A stretch of 64,000 nucleotides of DNA. Source: Alphaproteobacteria bacterium. GTDB taxonomy: Bacteria; Pseudomonadota; Alphaproteobacteria; SP197. The position numbers and the translations under genes are program-made. Within the stretch, counting starts at the first letter, position 1. The number at the start of each line of letters is the position of its first letter. Below are positions 53,142-64,000 of this stretch, piece by piece. A model generated the notes under the pieces. The model was given only the letters and a program-made list of their open reading frames with translations, searched no databases and had not been told where the DNA came from. The stretch spans positions 3,490,575-3,554,574 of the forward strand of contig OZ242015.1 in the NCBI GenBank assembly GCA_965204785.1, written 5' to 3'.

Positions 53142-53651
53142 ATGTCATGCCTCCGCAGCTTTCCTTCACCCGTCCGCCACAGGGTGGCATGTCCCGGAAA
53201 ACCTGGCAATGGCATACAGCGGGCATCGAAAGCAGATGCTGACCCCGCTGAAGGAGGCCGGGATCATCCGCACCTGAATCCGGTCCGGGGCGTCCGTGAT
53301 GCAAGCCGCCTGCATGACCCCTGCAACGGCCCTCCCGGGTGCTCGATCCCCAGCCCGAATCGACCCCGAAATCAACAATGTGTTGAAATAATCGACATTG
53401 CCGTCACGCATCTTTCGCATCAATAACCCGCGCGTTTTTCGCGTGCCTCTAGTCAGGGGGCATCGAAAGCAGGTCCTGCCCCCGCTGAAAAGCGATACGG
53501 AAACCCTTCCGGCGGCGGATGTTCCCGCGGTCGTGCCGGAAAGGCCATGGCCTGATCGAGGCAGGCCATGGCGAAACTTCCTTCCCGATCTTTACCTTGC
53601 GCCATATCGGGGTCAGTCGGTGTTCAAGCCCATCTTCCCCTGGCTTCAGTT

Positions 53652-54410
53652 CTACCGGGCATCATGCAAACGCCGGTAGACCGCCGTTCCGACGAGTGGA
53701 GAGTTTGCCGGGATCACGTCGAAGGGCGTGTCGCCATCATTATCCCGTGCGCCCGGATCGGCGCCGCCGGCGAGAAGCGCCCCGATGGCCTCTGCATGGC
53801 CCCGACGGGCCGCCCAGTGCAGCGGGGTCTCGCCATCATCATCCCGTGCGCCCGGGTCGGCGCCGGCGTCGAGAAGCGCCCCGATGGCCTCTGCATCGCC
53901 CGAATAGGCCGCCTCGTGCAGCGGGGTCTCGCCAACATAATAATCCCGTGCGTCCGGATCGGCGCCGGCGGCGAGAAGCGCCCCGATGGCCTCTGCATGG
54001 CCCGAATAGGCCGCCCGGTGCAGCGGGGTCTCGCCAGCATCATCCCGTGCGTCCGGGTCGGCGCCGGCGTCGAGAAGCGCCCCGATGGCCTCTGCATGGC
54101 CAAGAAAGGCCGCCCAGTGCAGCGGGGTGTGGTCATTATGACCCCGTGCGCCGCCCGGATCGGCGCCGGCGTCGAGAAGCGCCCCGATGGCCTCTACATG
54201 GCCCCAACGGGCCGCATCGTGCAGCGGGGTCCAGCCATCATTATTCCGTGCGCCCGGATCGGCGCCGGCGGCCAGGCATTCGCGCACCAGTTCGCCATCC
54301 GCTTTCTCGAAGAAACCCCAAGTGTTCCAGGCATCACATCCCGACGCGGCGCCGGCGGCCTGCCCAAGCGATGCGACGCCGACAATCACGGCCCACCTGA
54401 TCCATTTCAT
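53652..54410 (-). CDS. Ankyrin-repeat protein, ~6 repeats (copy 6)
   Basis: MKWIRWAVIVGVASLGQAAGAASGCDAW..., with an intact tail. Its upstream leader diverges from the shared leader after ~100 bp. Confidence 0.8.
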   Translation of the reverse strand: MKWIRWAVIVGVASLGQAAGAASGCDAWNTWGFFEKADGELVRECLAAGADPGARNNDGWTPLHDAARWGHVEAIGALLDAGADPGGARGHNDHTPLHWAAFLGHAEAIGALLDAGADPDARDDAGETPLHRAAYSGHAEAIGALLAAGADPDARDYYVGETPLHEAAYSGDAEAIGALLDAGADPGARDDDGETPLHWAARRGHAEAIGALLAGGADPGARDNDGDTPFDVIPANSPLVGTAVYRRLHDAR

Positions 54411-54916
54411 ATGTCATGCCTCCGCAGCTTTCCTTCATCCGTCTGCCGCAGGGTAGCATGTCCCGGATAACCTGGGAACAGCATATCAGGGGGCATCGGA
54501 AGCGTGAAACGATTTCGATAATGGAGGTTTGCATGGACGAAAACCGCTTCGTGATTTCCGACGGACTCCGGCAGAAGACTGCGCCGCTTCCGCCTGGCAA
54601 ACCGGCAGACCACAGGACGAAAAATGAAGATGGGCATGTGCAGCGCGCCCATCGTGCTGGCGTCGATCAGTCCTGTATGTTCGATGGCCGGGAGCACCGG
54701 CAGCGGCTGTGCGGTCGGGGCCCGCCCGCCCGGTTACAGGCGACGATGCAGCCGACGATGCAGCCGACCCGGCCCGCGGAGAGCCCGAACAGACGCACCG
54801 GAAAGACCGCAGGAACCGGGAACATGACCCCGCCCGGGGCACAGGCCGGCGTCGCCATCACGGGATCGGACGCCACGCGCCGCAGAGTGGGGAGGATATT
54901 TCCGAAAAGCCGGGGA

Positions 54917-56068
54917 TCACGCGCGGAAATACCCTTCCAGCACCGCCTGGTAGACGTCGGTCAGGCGGTGGAGTTCGACAACGGCGATGCGTTCGTCGAC
55001 CTCGTGCATGGTCCGGCCGATCAGGCCGAATTCCGCGACGGGGCAGAAATCCTTGATGAACCGCGCGTCCGATGTGCCGCCCGTCGTGCTGTATTCGGGC
55101 CGGCGGCCCAGGACCCTTTCGGCGGCATCGGCGATGACCACGGCGAATTCGTCGGGTTCGCGCAGGAAGGATTCGCCCGAGACCGAGACCTGCAGTTCGA
55201 CGTTGCCGCCCGCCTCGTCGCAGATCGCCCGGAGGCGGCGCGTCAGGGATTCGCCGCTGTGATGGTCGTTGAAGCGGACGTTGAACCCCGCACTGGCCCT
55301 GGCGGGGGTCACGTTGGTCGTGGGGTTGCCGACATCGACAGTGGTCAGCGCCAGGGTCGAGGGCTGGAAGCGTTCGCTCCCCGCATCCAGCGGCTCGCCG
55401 ACCAGCCGGTGCAGCAGGGCGACCAGCCGGTCGATCGGATTGTCGGCGAGATGGGGATAGGCGGTGTGGCCCTGGGTGCCGTGCACGATGACGCGCGCGT
55501 TGAGCGAGCCGCGCCGGCCGACCTTGATCATCTCGCCCAGCGCGGTGGGATTGCTGGGCTCGCCCACCAGGCAGGCGTCGAGTGTTTCGCCCCGTTCGGA
55601 AAGCCATTGCAGGACCTTCTTCGTGCCGTTGACCGCAGGGCCTTCCTCGTCGCCGGTGATCAGCAGGCTGATGCTGTTCCCGCCGTCGTCATGGCTGTTC
55701 AGGTAGCGCTCCGTGGCGGCCACGAAACAGGCGATCGCGCCCTTCATGTCGCATGCGCCGCGCCCGATCAGCACGCCCTCGCGCTCGACCGCCCCGAACG
55801 GATCGACCGACCAGTCCGCGGTATCGCCCGGCGGCACGACATCGGTATGCCCGGCGAAGCAGAAGTTGCGCCCCTTCGCGCCGCGCCGCGCATAGAGGTT
55901 GTCGACCCCGTCCGTGCCGTCCTCGCCGAAGGGCAGCCGGTGGCAGGTGAAGCCGAGCCCCTCCAGCGCCTCCTGCAGCACGTCCAGTGCGCCCGCATCG
56001 ACCGGCGTCACACTGGGCCGGCGCATCATCGCCGCCGCCAGCGCAACGGGATCGACAGCGCCGCTCAT
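54917..56068 (-). CDS. dapE: Succinyl-diaminopimelate desuccinylase
   Basis: The M20 peptidase motifs are [21 protein letters not shown] and ITGDEEG. Confidence 0.85.
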   Translation of the reverse strand: MSGAVDPVALAAAMMRRPSVTPVDAGALDVLQEALEGLGFTCHRLPFGEDGTDGVDNLYARRGAKGRNFCFAGHTDVVPPGDTADWSVDPFGAVEREGVLIGRGACDMKGAIACFVAATERYLNSHDDGGNSISLLITGDEEGPAVNGTKKVLQWLSERGETLDACLVGEPSNPTALGEMIKVGRRGSLNARVIVHGTQGHTAYPHLADNPIDRLVALLHRLVGEPLDAGSERFQPSTLALTTVDVGNPTTNVTPARASAGFNVRFNDHHSGESLTRRLRAICDEAGGNVELQVSVSGESFLREPDEFAVVIADAAERVLGRRPEYSTTGGTSDARFIKDFCPVAEFGLIGRTMHEVDERIAVVELHRLTDVYQAVLEGYFRA

Positions 56069-56216
56069 GCCGGCACTCCAGTCCCTGCGTCATCCCGGCC
56101 AGGCGGGCAAAGCGGGCGCGAGCCGGGATCCCGGGAGGATGGAGCGCCCCTGTCGAGGCCCCGAACCGGCGCGCCTCCGGCGCCTGTCCGGGGTGACGGG
56201 GATGAAGACTGCGACA

Positions 56217-57056
56217 TCAGTCGCGCAGCAGGTCGTTGATCGAGGTCTTGGCGCGGGTCTTTTCGTCGACGCGTTTGATGATGACCGCGCAATAGAGCGA
56301 CGGGCCGCCCGGATCCCTGGCGGGCAGGCTGCCCGGCACGACGACCGAATAGGCGGGCACGCGGCCCATGTGGATTTCGCCGCCCGCGCGGTCGACGATC
56401 TTGGTCGAGGCGCCGATGAACACGCCCATGGAAAGCACGGAGCCCTGCTCCACGATGACGCCCTCGACGACCTCGCTGCGCGCGCCCACGAAGCAGTTGT
56501 CCTCGATGATCACGGGTGCGGCCTGCAGGGGCTCCAGCACGCCGCCCAGGCCCGCACCGCCGGAGATGTGGCAGTTCCTGCCGACCTGCGCGCAGCTTCC
56601 CACCGTCGCCCAGGTATCGACCATGGTGCCGCTGTCCACGAAGGCGCCGATGTTGACAAAGCAGGGCATCAGCACGACGCCCGAAGCGACATGGGCGGCA
56701 TGGCGCACGATGGCGTGCGGTACGGCGCGCAAGCCGGCGTCCGCGAAGCGGGCCTCGTCCCAGCCCTCGAACTTGTTGTCGACCTTGTCATACCAGCTCG
56801 CGTTGTGGCCGGGCGCGCCGGGAATGATTTTGGTCGGCGTCAGGCGGAACGACAGCAGCACCGCCTTTTTCAGCCACTCGTTCACCGTCCAGCCGTTTTC
56901 GCCCGGTTCGGCGACGCGGCGTTTGCCGCCGTCGAGCAGTTCGAGCGACTCCAGGATGGCGTCGCGCGTCGCTCCGGTGGTTTTCGGGCTCACACCGGCG
57001 CGATCTTCCCAGGCGGCGTCGATGGTGGCTTTGAGATCGTCCGACATGGCGTTCAT
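56217..57056 (-). CDS. dapD: 2,3,4,5-tetrahydropyridine-2,6-dicarboxylate N-succinyltransferase
   Basis: It is colinear with E. coli DapD across [57 protein letters not shown], in the hexapeptide-repeat region. The start is MNAMSDDL or MSDDL. Confidence 0.9.
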   Translation of the reverse strand: MNAMSDDLKATIDAAWEDRAGVSPKTTGATRDAILESLELLDGGKRRVAEPGENGWTVNEWLKKAVLLSFRLTPTKIIPGAPGHNASWYDKVDNKFEGWDEARFADAGLRAVPHAIVRHAAHVASGVVLMPCFVNIGAFVDSGTMVDTWATVGSCAQVGRNCHISGGAGLGGVLEPLQAAPVIIEDNCFVGARSEVVEGVIVEQGSVLSMGVFIGASTKIVDRAGGEIHMGRVPAYSVVVPGSLPARDPGGPSLYCAVIIKRVDEKTRAKTSINDLLRD

Positions 57057-57087
57057 TCCCCTCGTCCTGTGTGAGCACCCGCGCACC

Positions 57088-57126
57088 TTGAATAACCCGC
57101 GCGCGCGGGGAGTCAATGGAGTCAAT
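57088..57126 (-). promoter_or_regulatory. Candidate sigma-70 promoter for dapD with a duplicated -35-like hexamer
   Basis: The minus strand reads TTGACTCCATTGACTCC-(17 nt)-TATTCA, about 35-70 nt upstream of the dapD start. Confidence 0.25.
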
Positions 57127-57178
57127 CCTGCGCGTGCGGGGTTGACAATCGCATCGCCGCGGCGCGTCCACCGGCCCG

Positions 57179-57868
57179 CTAGCGATTTTCCAGATGCGGC
57201 AGGAGACCGGTGAGCCAGGGCGTCAGTTCGGCGGCGCGGTGGTCGATATGGCCATGGTCGATGCCCGAACGCGCATAGGGACTCTGGCCCTCGATCCACA
57301 CGGTGGTCATGCCGCGTTGCTTGGCGGGGCGCAGGTTGCGCGCGATGTCCTCGAAGAACGCCGCGTTGGGGCCTTCGATGGCATGGCGCTCCAGCAGCAC
57401 GTCATAGACCGACGGCTCGGGCTTGGGGATGTAGCCGGAGGCGACGATGTCGAAGATGGCGTCGAAATGATGCGCCACGCCCAGGCGCTCCATGGCCCGT
57501 TCGGCATGCGGCACGTCGCCGTTGGTGAAGATCAGCTTGCGGCCGGGCAGGCGCGACAGCGCCGCATCCAGTTCGGGGTCGGCGGGGATCAGGCTGTAGT
57601 CGATGTCGTGCACGAAGGCGAGATAGTCCCGGGGCTCGCAGCCGTGGAGCGCGACCAGACCGTTGAGCGTCGTGCCGTGGTCCAGGAAATACCGCTTCTG
57701 CAGCGTCCTGGCGCGGTCGCGGTCGAGCTCCAGAAAGCGCTCGACATACCGGGTGATGCGCACCTCCACCTGGTCGAACAGGCTGTGGCGCGCCGAATAG
57801 AGCGTGTTGTCGAGGTCGAAGACCCAGGCGTCGACATGGGAGAGGCAGGGTGCGGCGGTCTCGCTCAC
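57179..57868 (-). CDS. Pyrimidine 5'-nucleotidase (HAD superfamily, subfamily IA)
   Basis: [10 protein letters not shown] is the HAD motif I (DxD), and [15 protein letters not shown] follows. Confidence 0.75.
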   Translation of the reverse strand: MSETAAPCLSHVDAWVFDLDNTLYSARHSLFDQVEVRITRYVERFLELDRDRARTLQKRYFLDHGTTLNGLVALHGCEPRDYLAFVHDIDYSLIPADPELDAALSRLPGRKLIFTNGDVPHAERAMERLGVAHHFDAIFDIVASGYIPKPEPSVYDVLLERHAIEGPNAAFFEDIARNLRPAKQRGMTTVWIEGQSPYARSGIDHGHIDHRAAELTPWLTGLLPHLENR

Positions 57869-58785
57869 GACGTGATCTTCGTGCTCGTGCCGTCGGCGGT
57901 GAAGAGCTCCAGCAGCAGCACATGCGGCACGCGCCCGTCGAGCACATGTGCTTCGTCGACGCCGTTCTCCAGCGCCTTCAGGCAGGTTTCCAGTTTCGGA
58001 ATCATGCCGCCCGAGATCGCGCCGGTCTTGAAGAGTTCCCTGGCCTCGCTCTTCGACATCCTGGAGATCAGCGTGCCGTTCTCGTCGAGAATGCCGGCGA
58101 TGTCGGTCAGTATGAGAAGCTTGGTCGCGCCCACGGCCTCGGCGATGGCGCCGGCCGCCGTATCGGCGTTGATGTTATAGGTATCGCCGTCCGCGCCCAC
58201 GCCGATGGGCGCGATGACGGGAATGATTTCCGAGTTCTCGAAAATGCGGAAGATCCCGGCGTTCACCCTGTGCGGTTCGCCGACGAAGCCCAGGTCCAGG
58301 ATCCTCTCGATGTTGGAATCGGGATCCCGCTGGGTGCGGCGCAGCTTGCGCGCCTCGATCAGGCGTCCGTCCTTGCCCGAAATACCGATGGCGCGCCCGC
58401 CTTCCTCGTTGATCGCGGTGACGATCTGTTTGTTGATCGAACCGGCCAGGACCATTTCGACGATGTCGACCGATTTCCGGTCGGTGACGCGCAGGCCGTC
58501 GATGAATTCCGACTGGATGTTCATCTTCTTCAGCATGGCGCCGATCTGCGGGCCGCCGCCGTGCACCACGATGGGGTTGATGCCGACCTGCTTGATCAGC
58601 GCGACATCGCGCGCGAAGTCATGCGCCAGCTTGTCGTCGCCCATGGCGTGCCCGCCATACTTGATGACGAAGGTGTGGCCGGAGAACAGGCGCAGATAGG
58701 GCAGGGCCTCGCCCAGGGTCTGGGCGGTCCTGATCCACTGTTTGGTGACGCCGAAGTTCCTGTCGGCGATATCGCGTTTTTTCAT
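57865..58785 (-). CDS. argB: Acetylglutamate kinase
   Basis: FVIKYGGHAMGD, VVHGGGPQIG and the AAK fold are present, and the gene overlaps the upstream gene as ATGA. Confidence 0.9.
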   Translation of the reverse strand: MKKRDIADRNFGVTKQWIRTAQTLGEALPYLRLFSGHTFVIKYGGHAMGDDKLAHDFARDVALIKQVGINPIVVHGGGPQIGAMLKKMNIQSEFIDGLRVTDRKSVDIVEMVLAGSINKQIVTAINEEGGRAIGISGKDGRLIEARKLRRTQRDPDSNIERILDLGFVGEPHRVNAGIFRIFENSEIIPVIAPIGVGADGDTYNINADTAAGAIAEAVGATKLLILTDIAGILDENGTLISRMSKSEARELFKTGAISGGMIPKLETCLKALENGVDEAHVLDGRVPHVLLLELFTADGTSTKITS

Positions 58786-58795
58786 GGCGGGAACC

Positions 58796-59440
58796 TTATT
58801 TCAGAGCCTCGGGCGCCGCCAGTGCGGCAAGTTCGTCGCGCAGCGCATCCATGCCGGTCCCCATTCTGGAACTGGTCGCCACGATGCGCGGAAATGCCGC
58901 GGGACGTTCGCCAAGTTCCTTTCCCGTGCGTTCGATGACCTTGGACAGTTCGGTCTCTTTCACCTTGTCGCACTTGGTCAGGACCAGCTGATAGGTCATG
59001 CCGATGACATCGAGATGATCGCAGGCCTCGCGGTCGTTGTCCGTGGCGCCGCGCCGCGCGTCGAGCAGCAGGCAGACCCGGCGCAGCGTGGAACGCCCGG
59101 TGAGATAGGCATCCACGGCGCGGGTCCAGGTCGCGACCTCGACCCGGCCCGCCCGCGCGTAGCCGTAGCCCGGCAGGTCGATGAGATGGAGCCTGCCACC
59201 CAGATCGAAGACGTTGACCGAACGCGTGCGCCCCGGCGTCTTGGACGCATGCGCCAGGTCCCTGCGTCCGGCAAGCGCATTGACGAGCGAGGACTTGCCC
59301 GCGTTGGAACGCCCCGCGAAGGCGACCTCGGGCAGGGTCGGCGCGGGCAGGGCGTCGGGCGTGGGTGCGGCGGCGACAAACCGGCAGGCCTGCGCAAACA
59401 GCCGCCGCCCCGCTCCGGGAGCCACCTGACCGGTTGCCAT
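58796..59440 (-). CDS. engB: Ribosome biogenesis GTP-binding protein YsxC/EngB (YihA)
   Basis: G1 is GRSNAGKSSLVNAL, G3 is DLPGYG, and G4 is TKCDK. The start is MATGQVAPG, and the listed 435-aa ORF is an upstream extension. Confidence 0.85.
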   Translation of the reverse strand: MATGQVAPGAGRRLFAQACRFVAAAPTPDALPAPTLPEVAFAGRSNAGKSSLVNALAGRRDLAHASKTPGRTRSVNVFDLGGRLHLIDLPGYGYARAGRVEVATWTRAVDAYLTGRSTLRRVCLLLDARRGATDNDREACDHLDVIGMTYQLVLTKCDKVKETELSKVIERTGKELGERPAAFPRIVATSSRMGTGMDALRDELAALAAPEALK

Positions 59441-59454
59441 CGCAGCCGGTCCCG

Positions 59455-61209
59455 CTAGTCCACGCCCATGCGTTTCATGATGACCCATTGCTGGGCGATC
59501 GAAAGCAGGTTGTTCCAGGTCCAGTAGATCACCAGGCCGGCGGGGAAGGTGGCGAAGATGAAGAGGAAGATCAGCGGCATGAACATGAAGATCCTCGCCT
59601 GCATCGGGTCGGGCGGCTGGGGGCTGATCTTCTGCTGCAGGAACATGGTGCACGCCATCAGGCAGGGCCACGCGCCGATCAGCAGGAAGACCGGCAGGAT
59701 CGTCGCGGGCTCCCAGGGGATCAGGCCGAACAGGTTCCACACCACCGTGGGGTCGGGCGCGGAAAGGTCCTCGATCCAGCCGTAGAACGGCGCGTGACGC
59801 ATCTCGATGGTGACGAAAAGCACCTTGTAGAGCGCGAAAAAGACCGGAATCTGCACGACGATCGGCAGGCAGCCCGCGGCGGGATTGACCTTTTCCTTGC
59901 GGTACATGGCCATCAGTTCCTGCTGCATCTTCTGCTTGTCGTCGGGATAGCGCTCGCGCAGCGCCTTCATCTCCGGGGCCAGCTTGCGCATCTTGCTCAT
60001 CGCCCTGTAGGACTTGTTGGCGAGCGGGAAGAAAATGAGCTTGATGACGACCGTGAGCGCCAGGATGGCCAGGCCGAAGTTGCCGATCTGGCCCTTCAGC
60101 CACAGCAGGACATGGAAGATCGGCTTGGTCATGAAATAGAACCAGCCGAAGTCGACCGAGCGGTCGAAGAGCGGAATGTCGAGTTCCTCGGCGTAGGCGT
60201 CGAGCAGGGTGACGACCTTGGCGCCCGCGAACATGTGGCCCTGGGCACTGGCGCTCGCACCCGATTCGACGACCACCGCGCTCCTCAGATAGTCGGCCTG
60301 ATAGGTGTCGAGCGTGCCGCCCTTCAGGTTATGCAGGAAACGGCCCTTGAACGGGTCGCTCTGGTCGGGAACCAGCGCGGTCAGCCAGTATTTGTCGGTG
60401 ATGCCCAGCCAGCCGTTCGGGCTCTCGTAAGTGATCCGGTCGGGATCGTCGGGGTCGGAGAGATCGTCGTAATCGACCTCCTCCAGGGTCTCGTTCAGCA
60501 CGCCGATCAGACCCTCGTGCAGGATGTAGAACCCCAGGGTCTCCGGCGTGTTGTGCCGGTTGATCAGGCCGTAGGGATAGAGTGTGACCGTCTCGCCGGT
60601 GCCGTTGGTGACCTTCTGCCCGACCGTGAACATGTAGTGCTCGTCGATTGCGATCGTGCGCTCGAAGGTGAGGCCCTGGCCGTTGTCCCAGGCCAGCACC
60701 ACCGGCGTGTCGGGCGTCAGGGTCGTGCTCTGCGATTCCCAGACGCTCCGGGTGTCGGGCACGACGACCGAAGGGTCCTCGGCGATCCAGCCGAACTCGG
60801 CGAAATAGGGCGAGGGACCGCCGACCGGCGAGAGCAGCACCACCTCCGGGGAGGAAGGGTCGACCCGGGTGTGGTAGTCGACCAGGGTCAAGTCGTCCAG
60901 GCGCGCGCCGGTCAGCGCGACCGAACCGTGCAGGCTTGGCGTGTCGATCGCGATGCGCCCGGAAAGCGCCAGGGCCTCGCCGCGGGGCAGTTGCCGCGCG
61001 GTCGCGGCATCCTCGACATTCGCGCTGTCGACAGCGCCAAGCTCGGGCAGAATGGCGTCGGCATCCTCGACGCCGGCCAGCTCCTCCTGGCGCTGCAGCT
61101 CTTCCTGCTGCTGCTGGATGCGCGGCAATTCATAGAAGAACTGCCAGCCGACGAACATCGCAATGATGATCGCCATGGCGAGCCAGACGTTTTTTTGTTC
61201 CGGTTTCAT
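59455..61209 (-). CDS. yidC: Membrane protein insertase YidC
   Basis: A 584-aa protein with a large periplasmic domain and the conserved C-terminal TM core ([33 protein letters not shown]...). Confidence 0.9.
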   Translation of the reverse strand: MKPEQKNVWLAMAIIIAMFVGWQFFYELPRIQQQQEELQRQEELAGVEDADAILPELGAVDSANVEDAATARQLPRGEALALSGRIAIDTPSLHGSVALTGARLDDLTLVDYHTRVDPSSPEVVLLSPVGGPSPYFAEFGWIAEDPSVVVPDTRSVWESQSTTLTPDTPVVLAWDNGQGLTFERTIAIDEHYMFTVGQKVTNGTGETVTLYPYGLINRHNTPETLGFYILHEGLIGVLNETLEEVDYDDLSDPDDPDRITYESPNGWLGITDKYWLTALVPDQSDPFKGRFLHNLKGGTLDTYQADYLRSAVVVESGASASAQGHMFAGAKVVTLLDAYAEELDIPLFDRSVDFGWFYFMTKPIFHVLLWLKGQIGNFGLAILALTVVIKLIFFPLANKSYRAMSKMRKLAPEMKALRERYPDDKQKMQQELMAMYRKEKVNPAAGCLPIVVQIPVFFALYKVLFVTIEMRHAPFYGWIEDLSAPDPTVVWNLFGLIPWEPATILPVFLLIGAWPCLMACTMFLQQKISPQPPDPMQARIFMFMPLIFLFIFATFPAGLVIYWTWNNLLSIAQQWVIMKRMGVD

Positions 61210-61463
61210 GACTCGCTCCTCAACACCCGTCCCGGCGCGCCCTCGCGGGGTGTCGGGACGGGGTCATATCCATGGCCGCCCAGGGGATGGCAGCGTGAGA
61301 TCCGGCGCAGGGCCAGCCATCCGCCGCGCCATGGCCCATGCAGGGCAACCGCATCTTCGGCATAGTCCGAGCAGGTGGGAAGGTATCGGCAGGACATCGG
61401 GGTAAACGGCGAGATGCCGTAGCGATAGACCGCGACCAGCGCGCGCAGAACGGAAATAGCCAT
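61206..61463 (-). CDS. yidD: Membrane protein insertion efficiency factor YidD
   Basis: [31 protein letters not shown] is the YidD signature. Confidence 0.85.
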   Translation of the reverse strand: MAISVLRALVAVYRYGISPFTPMSCRYLPTCSDYAEDAVALHGPWRGGWLALRRISRCHPLGGHGYDPVPTPREGAPGRVLRSES

Positions 61464-61468
61464 GCGTC

Positions 61469-61822
61469 TCACGTCTTGTCGCTCCGTTTGCGGGCCAGCC
61501 GTTCGAGCGCCGACTCGAGATCCCGCCGCAAATCACCGAAATCGCGCTCCAGGGTGGCCCGGCGCGCGATCAGGACATAATCGGTCGATGCCTGCCCCTG
61601 GCAGGGCAGCAACGCATCGGCAAGGGTCGTCAGACGCCGACGGGCCCGGTTGCGGGCGACGGCGTTGCCGACCTTGCGGCTTGCCGTGAATCCGACCCGA
61701 ATCGACCCGTCTTCGCCATCGCAAGCCTGCACCACCATACCGGGCGTCACGGCCTTGCGCCGTGCGGCTGCAACGCGGAGAAACTCACGCCTCCGCTTCA
61801 GACGCGCAACGGCACCGGGCAT
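61469..61822 (-). CDS. rnpA: Ribonuclease P protein component
   Basis: Basic, ...[11 protein letters not shown]...[21 protein letters not shown] is the RNR motif. Confidence 0.85.
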   Translation of the reverse strand: MPGAVARLKRRREFLRVAAARRKAVTPGMVVQACDGEDGSIRVGFTASRKVGNAVARNRARRRLTTLADALLPCQGQASTDYVLIARRATLERDFGDLRRDLESALERLARKRSDKT

Positions 61823-61827
61823 GAACG

Positions 61828-61962
61828 TCAGGCTGACAGGCGCTTGCGACCCTTGGCGCGCCGGCGCGCGAGCACGTTGCGACCGCCCACGGTCGCCATG
61901 CGTGAACGAAAGCCGTGGCGTCGCTTGCGGATGATCCGGCTGGGCTGAAAGGTGCGCTTCAC
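61828..61962 (-). CDS. rpmH: 50S ribosomal protein L34
   Basis: The reverse strand reads [46 protein letters not shown], 44 aa. It is not in the ORF track because it is too short. The stop is 5 nt upstream of the rnpA start. Confidence 0.85.
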   Translation of the reverse strand: MKRTFQPSRIIRKRRHGFRSRMATVGGRNVLARRRAKGRKRLSA

Positions 61963-62066
61963 CGTCAATTCTCCATAAAATCAGGCCGCCAACCAGAAGG
62001 GTCGCGCGGGCCGCGCTGTAATAGGTGACGACCCTGAATGTGTCAACGCCGCCCTGGCGCCGGTCT

Positions 62067-62112
62067 CACCCGTCATCACAAACGATTTACACCCGTCATC
62101 ACAAACGATTTA
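62067..62112. repeat. Perfect 23-bp tandem duplication upstream of rpmH
   Basis: CACCCGTCATCACAAACGATTTA occurs twice head-to-tail, in the divergent region between rpmH and the DedA-family gene. Confidence 0.6.
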
Positions 62113-62219
62113 TGGGGCCTTTTGGCACGGGCATCCATGCACTATAGTCTCCTGTACAGCGGGGACCGGACCGGATGTCGGCCGGGTCGGCAGGATGCAG
62201 GGCGAGCGGGGCTGAACGC

Positions 62220-62975
62220 ATGACAGGCAGCGATGTGAACGAGCGTAGCGGCGGCACAGCCAAATGGATCAAACGTCTGGTGCCGCCCGCCATCCTCGCG
62301 GCCCTGTTCGTGGTGTTCTTCACCACAGGTCTGCACGAATATGCCAAGTTCGAGAATCTCAAGAACCACTATGGCGATCTCCAGGCCTTCGTCGCCGGGA
62401 ACTACCTCGCCGCGATCGGCCTCTACATTCTGGCCTATGCACTGATCGCCGCGGCATCCCTGCCGATCGCCTCTCTGGTCACGCTGGTCGGCGGGTTCCT
62501 TTTCAGTTGGCATCTGGGAACGCTCTACACGGTGATCGGCGCCACCATCGGCGCCACCGCGCTGTTCCTGACGGCCAAGACCTCGTTCGGCGAGCCCCTG
62601 CGCGCCAGGGTGAAACCCTATATCGGCCGCATGGAGGAGGGATTCCGCGAGAACGAATTCAATTATCTCATGTTTCTCCGGCTTCTCCCGGTCTTTCCCT
62701 TCTTCGTCGTCAATCTCGTTCCCGCCTTCCTCGGCGTCTCGACACGGATGTTTGTGATCACGACGTTCATCGGCATCATTCCCGGGACGGCCGTCTACTG
62801 CATCATCGGAAGCGGGCTGGGCAACATTCTCGAGAAAGGCGAGGAATTCTCGATCGAAAATGCCGTAAGCATCGAGATCGTTCTCGGCCTCGCCGGACTG
62901 GCGATTCTTGCTCTCGCACCGGTCGTCTGGCGCAAGATCAAGGGCCGTTCGAAGGAAAAAGCCGGTGCGGCATGA
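62220..62975 (+). CDS. TVP38/TMEM64 (DedA/SNARE-associated) family membrane protein
   Basis: A polytopic protein with the DedA-type motif ...FLRLLPVFPFFVVNLVPAFLGVS. Confidence 0.65.
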   Translation: MTGSDVNERSGGTAKWIKRLVPPAILAALFVVFFTTGLHEYAKFENLKNHYGDLQAFVAGNYLAAIGLYILAYALIAAASLPIASLVTLVGGFLFSWHLGTLYTVIGATIGATALFLTAKTSFGEPLRARVKPYIGRMEEGFRENEFNYLMFLRLLPVFPFFVVNLVPAFLGVSTRMFVITTFIGIIPGTAVYCIIGSGLGNILEKGEEFSIENAVSIEIVLGLAGLAILALAPVVWRKIKGRSKEKAGAA

Positions 62976-63021
62976 ACCCCGCCCCTTGCCCGTGTCACGC
63001 GGAAATCTGCAGGAGTGAACG

Positions 63022-64000
63022 ATGGCGAACGAACTTTTTGACGTCTGTGTCATCGGCGCGGGCTCGGGTGGCCTCTCGGTCGCCTATGGCGCCAGCCACA
63101 TGGGTGCGCGGGTCGTCCTCATCGAAGGCCACAAGATGGGTGGCGACTGCCTCAATTTCGGCTGTGTCCCGTCCAAGGCGCTGCTGGCGGCGGGCCACAC
63201 GGCGCAGGCCATGCGCCATGCCGACCGCTTCGGCATCAGGCCGGTCGAGGCCGAGGTCGATTTCGCCGCGGTCAACCGGCATGTCAAGGACGCCATCGCA
63301 ACCATCGAACCCAACGATTCGGTAGAGCGCTACGAGGGTTTCGGCGTCGATGTGATCAAGGCGCCCGCCCGCTTTACCGGACCCGACAGCGTGGAAGCCG
63401 GCGGGCGCACCATCCGCGCGCGCCGCTTCGTCATCGCCACGGGCAGTTCGCCGTCGGCTCCGCCCATCCCGGGGCTGGACAGCGTGCCCTACTTCACCAA
63501 CGAGACGCTCTTCGACAACGCCGAGCGGCCCGACCATCTCCTCATCGTCGGCGGCGGCCCCATCGGCTGCGAGATGGCCCAGGCGCACCGGCACCTGGGA
63601 TCGCGGGTGACCGTGTTCGACAGGAGCGGCGTCCTGCCCAAGGACGATCCCGAACTGGTGGAGGTCGTCAGGGAGAGCCTGCTGGAAGATGGCGTCGATT
63701 TGCTAGAGGGGGTCGCGATCAAGGGCGTTTCGGGCGAGGCGGGCCGCATCGTCGTCACCTTTGAGCGCGATGGCGATGCGAGGGAGATCGAGGGCAGCCA
63801 TCTGCTGGTCGCCGTCGGGCGCAAGCCCAATATCGAGGAACTCGACCTCGATGCGGCCGGCGTCACCCATGATCGTTCGGGCGTCAAGGTCAATGACCGG
63901 CTGCGCACATCCAACGGCAGGATCTATGCCATCGGCGACTGCGCGGGCGGCTTCCAGTTCACCCATCTTGCGAACTACCACGCCGGCATCGTCATCCGGA
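63022..64000 (+). CDS. Pyridine nucleotide-disulfide oxidoreductase (dihydrolipoyl dehydrogenase / mercuric reductase-like), 3' end cut by the window
   Basis: FAD motif VIGAGSGG, redox-active disulfide GGDCLNFGCVPSK, and NAD motif IVGGGPIGCEMA. AGGAG precedes the ATG. Confidence 0.8.
   Translation, partial: MANELFDVCVIGAGSGGLSVAYGASHMGARVVLIEGHKMGGDCLNFGCVPSKALLAAGHTAQAMRHADRFGIRPVEAEVDFAAVNRHVKDAIATIEPNDSVERYEGFGVDVIKAPARFTGPDSVEAGGRTIRARRFVIATGSSPSAPPIPGLDSVPYFTNETLFDNAERPDHLLIVGGGPIGCEMAQAHRHLGSRVTVFDRSGVLPKDDPELVEVVRESLLEDGVDLLEGVAIKGVSGEAGRIVVTFERDGDAREIEGSHLLVAVGRKPNIEELDLDAAGVTHDRSGVKVNDRLRTSNGRIYAIGDCAGGFQFTHLANYHAGIVIR

Overview
This is a high-GC (~65%) alphaproteobacterial chromosomal window, Rhodospirillales-like, dominated by syntenic housekeeping genes. 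All calls were made by eye from conserved motifs with no database search, so coordinates I derived by hand may be off by 1-2 nt. Recognisable genes include cobS (partial), bolA, aroK-aroB, xerD, mcl, accA, secA, argJ, comF-grxC-nit, folD, kdsB, pheA, gloB, ffs-dnaX-ybaB-recR, an NfeD plus two SPFH paralogs plus rmuC block, def-fmt-truA, dapE-dapD, argB, engB, and yidC-yidD-rnpA-rpmH. The standout feature is a ~9.5 kb tandem array of six paralogous ankyrin-repeat genes (44950-54540) inserted between truA and dapE. Each gene is predicted to be secreted, possibly as a lipoprotein. Each copy carries a near-identical ~330 bp leader with palindromic operator-like motifs and near-identical 5' and 3' coding ends. 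The number of 33-aa ANK repeats per copy varies from 4 to 18. There are recombination scars: an internal N-terminal duplication, a 12-bp indel in the signal peptide, and an identical 22-bp tandem duplication that frameshifts the C-terminus of two copies. Secondary observations are a scattering of decayed genes: an internally deleted nitrilase, an internally deleted NudC, a HigB toxin remnant next to an intact HigA, a frameshifted GIY-YIG nuclease, and a frameshifted TetR. There are also several unusually perfect palindromes and tandem repeats in intergenic regions, a REP-like hairpin present twice, the SRP RNA upstream of dnaX, and a candidate 46-aa membrane ORF.
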